This document shows, in pieces, positions 35,351-44,105 of a DNA stretch of 64,000 nt (its first letter is position 1; the number at the start of each line of letters is the position of its first letter). Source of the DNA: a virus; IMG/VR virus record IMGVR_UViG_3300036832_001488, positions 12,915 through 76,914 of that record. The stretch is one strand, 5' to 3'. The translations under genes and the position numbers were made by a program. The notes beneath the pieces are model-generated. The model worked only from the letters and a program-made list of their open reading frames with translations. It did not search any database and had not been told where the DNA came from.

Positions 35351-37714
35351 ATGATTATCGCCAGTCAAGTTTTCAATCAGGTGGGGCGGGTGCTAGGCAC
35401 CTGCGATAGCGACTATGTCTACGATGTTTTGACCCGCGCCGTCGAGCTTTTAGCCAATAAACCCACCAAAACTAACATTCTGTGGGACCCGATGCTGATT
35501 TACGTCGATATCCCCATAGTCGATAATTACTACGTCTGTCTGCCGCCACACGTCCAAAAGCCGGTCAAGGTCAACATCAATAAGCAGCCATCCTTCACTC
35601 GAAACCAGTTTTTTGAGTTCAGCATTAATGGCCCTGGTAGTCAGGACCCGGAGGCCAATTACAGTTGGCAAGACCGAGGCTGGAACGCTCTGCAGAAGCC
35701 CTGGCCTGCCAGCGGCGACTTTCTTTTCATCAATTCGACTGACGCGAACGACAACAATACCCAGGTCCTAGTTAATATCATTAACGAAGACCGTTCCACC
35801 CAGTGGTTGCCAGTCTTTGTCGGCCAAGCCACCACCGTCAAAGCCTATGGGATTCAGGAAGTTTCTAAGCCGGTCACTCAAGGCACTCTCCAGCTCTTTA
35901 GCGGGCCCTACATCATTCAATCGAAGTTAATAGCTAACTGGGGCCCCCCGGTACTCTATCCCCAGTTTGAATGGATTAAACTTTCCCAGGCCGGAGTCAG
36001 CTGCAAAATCTTAGCGCGCCGCCGGACCTATGTAATCAGCGCACCTACCGATGTCATCCCTCTCTCCAATCGCCAAGCCGTTATCACTGCCTGTATCGCC
36101 ATCAAGGCGTATGACACCCTCAACTGGGATGATGGCGGCACCGCAGAACAGAATGCGTTTCGATTTCTGGATGAGGACCAAGCAGCCCGCAACCTCTTCC
36201 AGAGAGTTTCCAATATTGCCGAAACCACTCCGACACTTAATCTCACGATCAACACCCGCGATGCCATCATTGTGGCCGACATCTACGACTTCGCCTGCGA
36301 TGTCTTCGGCCCCATAGGCCAGCAGAAAGTTTTCGACCGGATCACTGAAGCGATTGAGTTACTCTCTAACCTCGGTCCCGCCTGGGACCCTTTGATTGGC
36401 TACGTCGATATCCAGACTTGGGATTCCTTCTACGTGACCTTGCCTTATTACGTTGATCAAGTTTTAGCGATCAATGTGAATAAGTCGACCGGCACCTTCC
36501 GAAACCAGTGGTTTGAATTCCATATGAACGGGTTAGGCCAGGACAACGATTTCGCCGACGCCGTGGGAAGCAATCGGCCCTGCGGTGGCTGGGAAGAAGT
36601 AGGGGAGTTTCCCTGCGCCTTTCCTTTATCTAGCCCTGGCTATCTCGTGGCGCAGCCGGTGAACGCGGGCGACAACGGCACCGCTATACGGGTCTTCGGG
36701 ATCGACCAGAACGATCTGCCTATCATGTCAGCTAGCGATGGTCGCCCAGGAGCCAGGATAAGTTGTGAGCAAACCGGCTACGATATCACTGATCAGACCT
36801 ATCCCTACAAGCGCGTCGACCGGGTCGTCATCGAGGGAAGTGCCCAAAGTTTCATTATGTTGTATGCAACCGACGGGACCCAGCTCTTACAGAATTTAGG
36901 GACGTTCTGGCCGGGAGTCTGTGAGCCTAGGTTCCGCGTTATCAGGATTGGCCAAAAGGCCGTGACGATCCGGCTGCGCTATAAGAAACGCTGGCTCAAA
37001 ATTACCAGCTTGACTGATCCAATTCACATGCGCAGCCGCTCGGCCATGTTTAACGCCCTGCGCTCGATCCAGACGGCCACCACCGACCCAATGAGCGCCC
37101 AGCAATTGATGATGGCCGCAAAACAGCAGCTCAACCAAGAATGGCGGGCCTCGCACCCACAGGAAGGCCTGGACCTGCAATTCGATCCAAGCATATGGGG
37201 CGGCAGCATGATAAGCATGCCAGCTTTAGCTTTGCCTCTTGCGGCGGTTCAAGGCTTGTTCTCGCCAAGTCGCCCATTTCACATTTCCTGGCTCGTAACC
37301 GCGATTATTATCTATGCGCTCTATCGTATGGGCTGGGCTCGGCGGCTCACCAATATATTTGTAAAAAGCTTCAAAAGATTTCTGCCATTCTGGACAAACG
37401 GTAATTCCCCTCGATTGATAGTTGCGAATCCATTTTGGTCTCGTTGGATTAAGGGCCCGTTTTTTCATATTCTGCCACGCGGAATAGACCTTGGTCTTGG
37501 ATTTGCCATGCGTCTTAGAGATTTTGCTAGTCAACTCTCGGTGAAAGCATCCACAACTGCGGGTCCTACCTTCACAGAGCATGGATCTGTAGCAAACGAC
37601 CTTATTTCCGCAGTCGCAGAGACAGTTCCAGCGGACCCTTCCGAGCGCACCCCCATTTTTAGCTCGCGATTTCACGATCAAGCGTCCGAAACGTTCACCG
37701 GTCAAATCACGTAG
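35351..37714 (+). CDS. tail adaptor/tubular protein A-like, internally duplicated; last ~163 codons run antisense through an HNH gene
   Basis: two homologous ~300-aa halves; genuine-looking sequence ends near 37225. Confidence 0.6.
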   Translation: MIIASQVFNQVGRVLGTCDSDYVYDVLTRAVELLANKPTKTNILWDPMLIYVDIPIVDNYYVCLPPHVQKPVKVNINKQPSFTRNQFFEFSINGPGSQDPEANYSWQDRGWNALQKPWPASGDFLFINSTDANDNNTQVLVNIINEDRSTQWLPVFVGQATTVKAYGIQEVSKPVTQGTLQLFSGPYIIQSKLIANWGPPVLYPQFEWIKLSQAGVSCKILARRRTYVISAPTDVIPLSNRQAVITACIAIKAYDTLNWDDGGTAEQNAFRFLDEDQAARNLFQRVSNIAETTPTLNLTINTRDAIIVADIYDFACDVFGPIGQQKVFDRITEAIELLSNLGPAWDPLIGYVDIQTWDSFYVTLPYYVDQVLAINVNKSTGTFRNQWFEFHMNGLGQDNDFADAVGSNRPCGGWEEVGEFPCAFPLSSPGYLVAQPVNAGDNGTAIRVFGIDQNDLPIMSASDGRPGARISCEQTGYDITDQTYPYKRVDRVVIEGSAQSFIMLYATDGTQLLQNLGTFWPGVCEPRFRVIRIGQKAVTIRLRYKKRWLKITSLTDPIHMRSRSAMFNALRSIQTATTDPMSAQQLMMAAKQQLNQEWRASHPQEGLDLQFDPSIWGGSMISMPALALPLAAVQGLFSPSRPFHISWLVTAIIIYALYRMGWARRLTNIFVKSFKRFLPFWTNGNSPRLIVANPFWSRWIKGPFFHILPRGIDLGLGFAMRLRDFASQLSVKASTTAGPTFTEHGSVANDLISAVAETVPADPSERTPIFSSRFHDQASETFTGQIT

Positions 37715-37723
37715 GGAGGGCAT
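37226..37723 (-). CDS. HNH-type homing endonuclease (DLTGxRFGRL family)
   Basis: DLTGERFGRL..WNCLCDCG..SCGC..THG..RGITVCPEW..TIERIDNNRGYEPGNVKWAT..NRR. Confidence 0.9.
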   Translation of the reverse strand: MPSLRDLTGERFGRLIVKSRAKNGGALGRVRWNCLCDCGNKVVCYRSMLCEGRTRSCGCFHRELTSKISKTHGKSKTKVYSAWQNMKKRALNPTRPKWIRNYQSRGITVCPEWQKSFEAFYKYIGEPPSPAHTIERIDNNRGYEPGNVKWATWREQALNRRKRQS

Positions 37724-37754
37724 ATCTATCGCTGCTCAGAATTATCAGATAATT

Positions 37755-39575
37755 TTGGACGGAAATTACGTAGGTGGCGTTGATAGCTTGTTGTATCCTA
37801 CGGATCTCGCGCCGTCAACTTATGCCTGGGCGGTTAATTTAGTTAACCGGGGCGGCATCGTCCAGACCCGGCCCGGTAAACGCAAAGTAGTTTCTTTCTG
37901 TGGCCGTAAAGGCCAGGGCCACTATTGGGTCCGCACCATCGGTGACCTGAATTACGAGATGGTGGCCATTGATGGGAAAATCTATTGGTCAGCTCTTCCC
38001 TTTGGCGGCGGCTGGACTCAGTTAGCCGGAGTTGCCTTTAACCCTGATGCCGCTTGGATTTATTTCCAGAACACGGTCCAGGCCCTCAAGTATGACGACT
38101 CTAACAATATCGTGCTTCTGCCTAACCCGAAGAATGTGGTCTTCATGCAGGATGGGACCAGCCAGCCTTGCTACTGGGACTTATCCGACTTTTCGAGCGG
38201 CATAGTTAATGGGAATTACGTCACGGGGAACCCGCGTAAACCCATGCCGATTGGGACAGCCATGCTCTGGCAGGATAACCGGATGTGGTTAGTGCAAGGT
38301 GAGTTAGTTTTTGCCTCTGATCTGCTTTATGCAGCCAGCTTCACTGAGGAAGAATATCTAGCCACTCAGACCGGTTTCCGCTTTCCGCGTAAGGTCATTA
38401 ACCTCTTTCCCTCCCCGGTCCAGGGAGTGCAGGTTTTTACCGAAAGCTCCATGCATTCCTTGTCGAGCTTCATTCAGGACCGCACCCAGTGGCAGACCAC
38501 TCCTAACTTTCAGGCCGATGTTAACTTGGAGATCGGACTAGTCGGGCCCTTTTCTTATGGGCTCTTACACGGGATGCCGTGGTTTATGACCCACCGGGGC
38601 TTGATCAGCTATGATCGGGCCCTCACCCAGAACCTGACCACGGTGATTCTGACCGTGGACGGCGAAATGGTGCGCTCTAAGGATCTATTCGCGCCGGATA
38701 CAAGCGGCATAGTCATTGGCACCTGGGAGAACATCTTGCTTGTCGCCGTCCCGGCTAGCGCCATCCAGAACCGGCATACTTGGATCATGGATGCGGGAAT
38801 CGCGGAAAAATTAAATAACACGGCTGGCCTTTGCTGGAGCGGCATTTGGGTAGGGACTTTCCCTATCCAGTTTACCAGCCCCATTTTTAACGGCACCCAG
38901 CATCAGTACGAATTGGCCTATTCTGGCGGTTTCCTGGCGCTTAATGAGGGTGATAGCCCTAGCCCACAGCCCGAGACCGATCTGGCGCTCCAGGCTAACA
39001 TCCATTTGTGGGAAAACTTCATTCCTAACCAGATAGATAATTCCGAGACGGCAGTGGCCTGCAGCTTCGAGACCAAAGCTTTCACGCTCACCACCGACGA
39101 CTATTACCGGTTTGTTTTTGCCGAGTTCATGCTGGTTAACCTGAAAGGAGTGGTGCCGCTGCAGGTCTATGTGACGGGCTTAGCCGGAAACTATCAGCCG
39201 CTCTTTTCGACGACCTTGCGCGCGGATATCGGGCCCTGGGGCAATCCGGCGAATGCCACCCTCTATTACGTCAGTAAAGGCCGTACGACCGAGTTTGAAA
39301 ACTACCGCAAACAGGTCCGGCATATGCGGACTAAGGAATTTGTGGTGAAAGAAGACGGGGTCACTAGTGACGGCGCGGCCTGCTTAGAGATTAATCGTCC
39401 CGATGGGATCGATAAAGCTTTTCAACTGATGATTCAATGGCAGGGCCGCTTGGGAATCCGCATGATCAAATTCTTCTACGACCGGCAGTTGCAATCGCCC
39501 CAGGGCGTTTGCCCGCTCGACGAATCCACCACTCCAAAAATCATCTTGGAGGCAACCTATGAGCCAGTCACCTAA
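37755..39575 (+). CDS. tail nozzle/stabilisation protein (tubular protein B-like)
   Basis: 606 aa, beta-rich; NLVNRGGIVQTRPG start; position after adaptor; start codon uncertain. Confidence 0.65.
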   Translation: MDGNYVGGVDSLLYPTDLAPSTYAWAVNLVNRGGIVQTRPGKRKVVSFCGRKGQGHYWVRTIGDLNYEMVAIDGKIYWSALPFGGGWTQLAGVAFNPDAAWIYFQNTVQALKYDDSNNIVLLPNPKNVVFMQDGTSQPCYWDLSDFSSGIVNGNYVTGNPRKPMPIGTAMLWQDNRMWLVQGELVFASDLLYAASFTEEEYLATQTGFRFPRKVINLFPSPVQGVQVFTESSMHSLSSFIQDRTQWQTTPNFQADVNLEIGLVGPFSYGLLHGMPWFMTHRGLISYDRALTQNLTTVILTVDGEMVRSKDLFAPDTSGIVIGTWENILLVAVPASAIQNRHTWIMDAGIAEKLNNTAGLCWSGIWVGTFPIQFTSPIFNGTQHQYELAYSGGFLALNEGDSPSPQPETDLALQANIHLWENFIPNQIDNSETAVACSFETKAFTLTTDDYYRFVFAEFMLVNLKGVVPLQVYVTGLAGNYQPLFSTTLRADIGPWGNPANATLYYVSKGRTTEFENYRKQVRHMRTKEFVVKEDGVTSDGAACLEINRPDGIDKAFQLMIQWQGRLGIRMIKFFYDRQLQSPQGVCPLDESTTPKIILEATYEPVT

Positions 39576-39753
39576 GAATCCTAGTGATAGCGGGGGCCCG
39601 GTCCAGGTCATCCCCCAGACCGGGATGCCGACAATCTACCAGAAACGGTCTAGGGAAGTGATCTACGACGCTTTGGGGGGTGAACTTAAATTTGTCAAAA
39701 ACCCTTTTGGCCCGCAGCTCCTGATTCTATCCCGACCTAACCATCGTTGGTAA
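39559..39753 (+). CDS. small hypothetical protein
   Basis: fills gap in tail operon. Confidence 0.45.
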   Translation: MSQSPKNPSDSGGPVQVIPQTGMPTIYQKRSREVIYDALGGELKFVKNPFGPQLLILSRPNHRW

Positions 39754-39756
39754 GCC

Positions 39757-41049
39757 ATGCCTACTTTCCAAGGTTATATCGCTTATGCGCCGTTTCCCGA
39801 AGGGTTTGAGGGAGACATGGATGAGACGTTCCAGCAGAGCGGCCAGCTCGCGATTATCTACATCAGCGGGAACTTCCTGACCGGCTTTTATTACCCGATT
39901 GGGACAATACCTGCCCCCACCTTGCCTACCAGTGACCAGGGCCCTATTGCCCTAAATGGCCAATGGTATTTCTGGGACCCGGTGAGCGGCCAGTACTTGC
40001 CGCAGTCTAGCTCGATCAAGCCTGCGCGCAATTATGCCAAGAACGCCATCTATCAGGTTCAGCAGTTGGGAAGCGCCTTTAATTCGCTGCCCGCCGGAGT
40101 CAATAGAACCTATGACATGGTCTTGAGCCGGGTCACCCAGTCCAATGTTTTATCGGTCGCCCTGGATGTAGGCCCAGCGGCCAGTGTCGACACAGATTAT
40201 ATCGGCAGCGCCATCAAATACACGGTCGGCACCACCCTGGTCCCGACTCTGGGTGCAACCGATCTTTTTGCGCACGAGCACCTGATTGAGGGCAGTGATA
40301 TTGCCGGAATTCAAGGCGAGATATTAAGCCTCTCCTTCAGTGTCAAGGTTAATCAGCCGGGGAATTATTCGGCTTACCTGACCTCTAATGGCCGGGATGC
40401 GAGCTACGTTTCCCCTTTCACGATTGCGACCGCCAATACTTATGCCCGGATCAAGATTAATAATATCCCGGCGTTACCGACCGGCACGGGCACTTGGAAC
40501 TTCGGGGAAGGCCAGACCGGGCTTTATCTAGGCGTCGTGATGGGAGTCGGTGCCCAGTATCAGACGGCGACTCCCAAGCAATGGGTGGCAGGGTTCTTTG
40601 CGGGAACGGCGGCTAACTCCAACATGCTGACCGTTACTACCAACCAAATTACGGTGACGGCGATCAAGCTCGAGTCCAGCCCCAGTGCCAGCTATTTCAC
40701 CGCCAATTCTTTAGAGACCGATCTTCACGATGCAATCCGGTACTATTTTACGAGCTACGACTACCAATCGCTTACTAGCGGGGTCCAGATACCTACGGTC
40801 AGTCAAGGGACCAACCTTCAGTATTGGCGTTTCATTTTCCCGCGCCGGATGTGCAAGGTGCCAACGGTTATTCCTTACGGGGCCATCTCCAACACGGCTG
40901 CTTTTGTCACCAACATAAGCACCTCGACCGATGTTGCCCAGGCCACGTTAGTAGCTCATCAGAAAGGTATCGTCGCTAACACTACAGCCACCAGTGCCAA
41001 GGGAGATGTATTTGGAGCAAATTTCACCGCCGATGCAAGACTCGCCTAA
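39757..41049 (+). CDS. tail fibre/spike protein with carbohydrate-binding-like domain
   Basis: IEGSDI..LSLSFSVKVNQPG, IKLE, RYYFTSY, FPRRMCKVPTV, FTADARL. Confidence 0.65.
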   Translation: MPTFQGYIAYAPFPEGFEGDMDETFQQSGQLAIIYISGNFLTGFYYPIGTIPAPTLPTSDQGPIALNGQWYFWDPVSGQYLPQSSSIKPARNYAKNAIYQVQQLGSAFNSLPAGVNRTYDMVLSRVTQSNVLSVALDVGPAASVDTDYIGSAIKYTVGTTLVPTLGATDLFAHEHLIEGSDIAGIQGEILSLSFSVKVNQPGNYSAYLTSNGRDASYVSPFTIATANTYARIKINNIPALPTGTGTWNFGEGQTGLYLGVVMGVGAQYQTATPKQWVAGFFAGTAANSNMLTVTTNQITVTAIKLESSPSASYFTANSLETDLHDAIRYYFTSYDYQSLTSGVQIPTVSQGTNLQYWRFIFPRRMCKVPTVIPYGAISNTAAFVTNISTSTDVAQATLVAHQKGIVANTTATSAKGDVFGANFTADARLA

Positions 41050-41050
41050 A

Positions 41051-41443
41051 ATGCCTGATAAAGAGGGGATGTCCCTGATCCGCATCAACAATGAAAAAGA
41101 GATGCGTAACTGGGGAGTCGACCTTCTTTCCCGCGACCTCTGGGGCGGTGATTGTCCGCGCCAGTACCCGGTTTACATCGTCTTCTATCACGGCCAGCCG
41201 GTAGGCTATTTCCTAACTGTTCAGCAGTTTGTGGTTTACCCGGCGCTGCACCCGGAGCGGATAAGTCCACGGGAGTTTCTGAAGATTACCCGCAGTCTGG
41301 TGAGCGAATTTAAGCGCATGGTGGGCAATCCGATCTTTATGATGTGCAAAAAAGATCAGGAGTTCGGAGCTAACAATTTTAGGCGGATTCGGCTCAAGCG
41401 AGCCGACGAAACGGCTTATATCTACGACGAAGAGGCCCCATGA
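41051..41443 (+). CDS. small protein before ejection genes, possibly GNAT-like
   Basis: YIVFYHGQPVGYF hairpin; position equivalent to podovirus internal-protein GNAT genes. Confidence 0.4.
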   Translation: MPDKEGMSLIRINNEKEMRNWGVDLLSRDLWGGDCPRQYPVYIVFYHGQPVGYFLTVQQFVVYPALHPERISPREFLKITRSLVSEFKRMVGNPIFMMCKKDQEFGANNFRRIRLKRADETAYIYDEEAP

Positions 41444-42900
41444 GATTGTTTGATTTCATAGTATGGCTATTTGGTCCCCGCTACTTTGGTGGCGGCGGGG
41501 GCGGTGGTTCTAGTCAATTTAAGGCTCAAGGCACTCCTCCTGGCTTTGATTACCAAGCCGCCCAGGGCCTTAACCAGATGGCTATTGGCGGCGATATCCA
41601 AAGTTATGCTTTAAGTGACGCCGACTTTGCTAACCGTTATCCGGCGCTGCAGAATGCGTACAACCAGTGGCAAGCTAATCTAGGTAACCAAGTTAACGCT
41701 GCCGGAACGGCTACCGCAGGCCTCCAGAATGTAATGGGTGGATTAGGTAACCAGATCGCGGGCCGTAACGCCACTCCGACAACGACTGACATCAATGCGA
41801 TCCGTAATGCGGCTTCGACTGCCGCTGGCGCAGTAAAGCCAATTATGGGCCTGGGAGCCCAGCAGGCCGGACTTGCTCAACCCATTGCGAACGCAGGCGC
41901 ACAGATCGGCCAGATGGGCGGGCAGCTCGCCGGGATGGCTGCGACTCCTTACGCTCTGGGCCAGCAGCTGTTGCAGGAGCCGATTGATCCTAACACCCAG
42001 CAGCAGATGATGCGGGCCGGGTTAGGAACCACCTTGGGCGCTGGGTTAGGTGCCGCCTCACTTGGCCAGGGCATGGCCGGACAAAGCGCAGCCGCGCGCC
42101 AGCTAGGCTTAAACACCGTGCAGTATGGACAAGCCATGCGGGGCGAGGCCATGGGCGACATCTCCCAAGCCGCATCGATTTTGGGCCAGGGTGGGCAGCT
42201 CTCCGGCCTTGGCGCGCAGACTCTGGGGCTAGGCTCGACGACTCTAGGCCAAGGGGCCCAGACCTTAGGGCTAGGAGCCCAGACCGCAGGTCAGGCTGGC
42301 CAACTTTCGGGTGCTGCCCAACAAGCCCAGGAACAATACGGGATGGATACAGCCCAGATGGCGAACATCTACGGCAATTTGCAGAACCAGCAGGCCACCA
42401 ATCTGATGCTCAATATGCAGACTGCCGGGAACATGTTCCAGAAGCGGCCCTTCGGGTTAGGCGGAACTAACATGGCCCAGACCGAGCTGGGGCAGGCTGG
42501 GGCTTATAATTCGTTCCAGCAGGCCAATTACGCCACCATGAATGGCATCGCCTTTAACCAAGCTCAGCTCAATGCTCAGAACCAGCAGATGGCGGCTCAG
42601 CAGCAATCGGCTACGACTGGAGCCTTGGTTTCAGCCGGTTCGACTGCAGCCATGGTTGGAGCCACTGCCGCAGGCGCGTGTTGGATAGCGCGCGCCGCCT
42701 TTGGGGAGAATTCGCCTAAATGGCGAATATTCCGGCACTGGCTGATGAATAAAGCCCCCAGGATCGTCCGCAGAACCTACCTAGTGTATGGACCCTCCTT
42801 TGCCCCGAAAGTGCGTGCAAACAGGCTGCTAGGGGCCTTAGTGAGGGGATTTATGACCCTCGCCATTAACCGGACCACCTATGTATGTCTACCCGCTTAG
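41440..42900 (+). CDS. putative ejection/internal virion protein with C-terminal CFI-box-CTERM-like domain
   Basis: Q/G/A-rich helical body; GACWIARAAFG...WLMNKAP...YGPSFA. Confidence 0.6.
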   Translation: MRLFDFIVWLFGPRYFGGGGGGGSSQFKAQGTPPGFDYQAAQGLNQMAIGGDIQSYALSDADFANRYPALQNAYNQWQANLGNQVNAAGTATAGLQNVMGGLGNQIAGRNATPTTTDINAIRNAASTAAGAVKPIMGLGAQQAGLAQPIANAGAQIGQMGGQLAGMAATPYALGQQLLQEPIDPNTQQQMMRAGLGTTLGAGLGAASLGQGMAGQSAAARQLGLNTVQYGQAMRGEAMGDISQAASILGQGGQLSGLGAQTLGLGSTTLGQGAQTLGLGAQTAGQAGQLSGAAQQAQEQYGMDTAQMANIYGNLQNQQATNLMLNMQTAGNMFQKRPFGLGGTNMAQTELGQAGAYNSFQQANYATMNGIAFNQAQLNAQNQQMAAQQQSATTGALVSAGSTAAMVGATAAGACWIARAAFGENSPKWRIFRHWLMNKAPRIVRRTYLVYGPSFAPKVRANRLLGALVRGFMTLAINRTTYVCLPA

Positions 42901-44105
42901 AGTTGCGTGAAGCTTGTGCGGAGGCCCTTAACCGGCTCTCCAGAGAAGAGCTGTTAGAGAAGTTTGCGATCTCGCGGGTGGCCGACGTGACCGGCCTGGA
43001 TACTATCGGAGTGCCGGTCTTCACCACTACCAGGGCGCTTTCCCAGACCCTGTCTATCCATGCCGGTAAAGGCCTGGAGCGCAAGTTGGCACGCGCCGGA
43101 GCTATTGCCGAAGCCATTGAGTTTGAGGTGGCTGAACATCCTTTTGGGGACTTTAAACTGGCCAATAGTCTACAGTTGCCAGAGGAAGATCATCTGCCGG
43201 TAGAGGATTGTTTCCCGATCCGTGCTTCGATTGTTAACGAGATGACACCGATTGCCTGGGAAGAGGCAACTAACGTCCAGAATGGGGCCGTTAAGTTTGT
43301 TCCTAGTGATCTGATCTGGATAGCGCCCCGGTTAAAAGAGCAACCCTTCATGTATTTTCAGGTCGGCTCTAATGGGCTGGCCAGCGGTGCGACCCTGGAA
43401 GATGCCATCCTTTCTGGCCTCTATGAGATCGTGGAACGCGATGGCTGGACCATCCACACCTACATGATGGAGAACTTAGGCATTTTAGCTAACCGGATGC
43501 CGTTAGTTAGTTTGTGTCCCGAGATCGAGGAAATTGTCCGGCGCTTAGATGAGCAGAAGCTCAAACTGCATCTCTTTGACTGCACCACCGATTATCAGGT
43601 GCCGGTCTTTGCTGCGACCATTCTGGATTTAAGCGGCAACTGTGCCGGAACCTTTGCCGGTTACGGGTGCCATCTGAATGCGGAGAGCGCCGCTCTGCGG
43701 GCGATCACTGAGGCCATCCAAGGCCGCGCCTGCTATATCTCCGGCGCGCGCGATGACATGCTTCGCCGCCAGTTTCTTCTGATGAAGCGGATGGATCAGG
43801 CGAGGCTCGACCAGATGTTTAACGAGTTGGAGCGAGGCTCTTCCATCAGCGAGTATCGCAAGGTCGAGTTCCCTGACATCAAAAGCGAATTACGTTATTT
43901 ACTGAAGTTACTTAAATCCAGAGGCGTCAGCGAAGTCTTTGTCAAAGACCTGGGACAACATGCCGATTGCCTGCATGTAGTCCGGGTCTTTTCGCCCCAA
44001 TGCGAGCCGCACCGGTTCGACTACTGGACTCCAGGCTTACGTTGTCTTTCCTATGCGCAGCGCAAGCTGGAAGAACTTAAGGAGGATAAAGAATGTCCGA
44101 CCTGA
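42885..44105 (+). CDS. ycaO: YcaO-family ATP-dependent amide-activating enzyme (TfuA-associated clade)
   Basis: ISRVADVTGLDTIGVPV, GKG..A..AEAIE, SNGLASG, EIVERD, GYGCH, RAITEAIQGR..ISGARDD, VVRVFSP. Confidence 0.93.
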   Translation: MSTRLELREACAEALNRLSREELLEKFAISRVADVTGLDTIGVPVFTTTRALSQTLSIHAGKGLERKLARAGAIAEAIEFEVAEHPFGDFKLANSLQLPEEDHLPVEDCFPIRASIVNEMTPIAWEEATNVQNGAVKFVPSDLIWIAPRLKEQPFMYFQVGSNGLASGATLEDAILSGLYEIVERDGWTIHTYMMENLGILANRMPLVSLCPEIEEIVRRLDEQKLKLHLFDCTTDYQVPVFAATILDLSGNCAGTFAGYGCHLNAESAALRAITEAIQGRACYISGARDDMLRRQFLLMKRMDQARLDQMFNELERGSSISEYRKVEFPDIKSELRYLLKLLKSRGVSEVFVKDLGQHADCLHVVRVFSPQCEPHRFDYWTPGLRCLSYAQRKLEELKEDKECPT

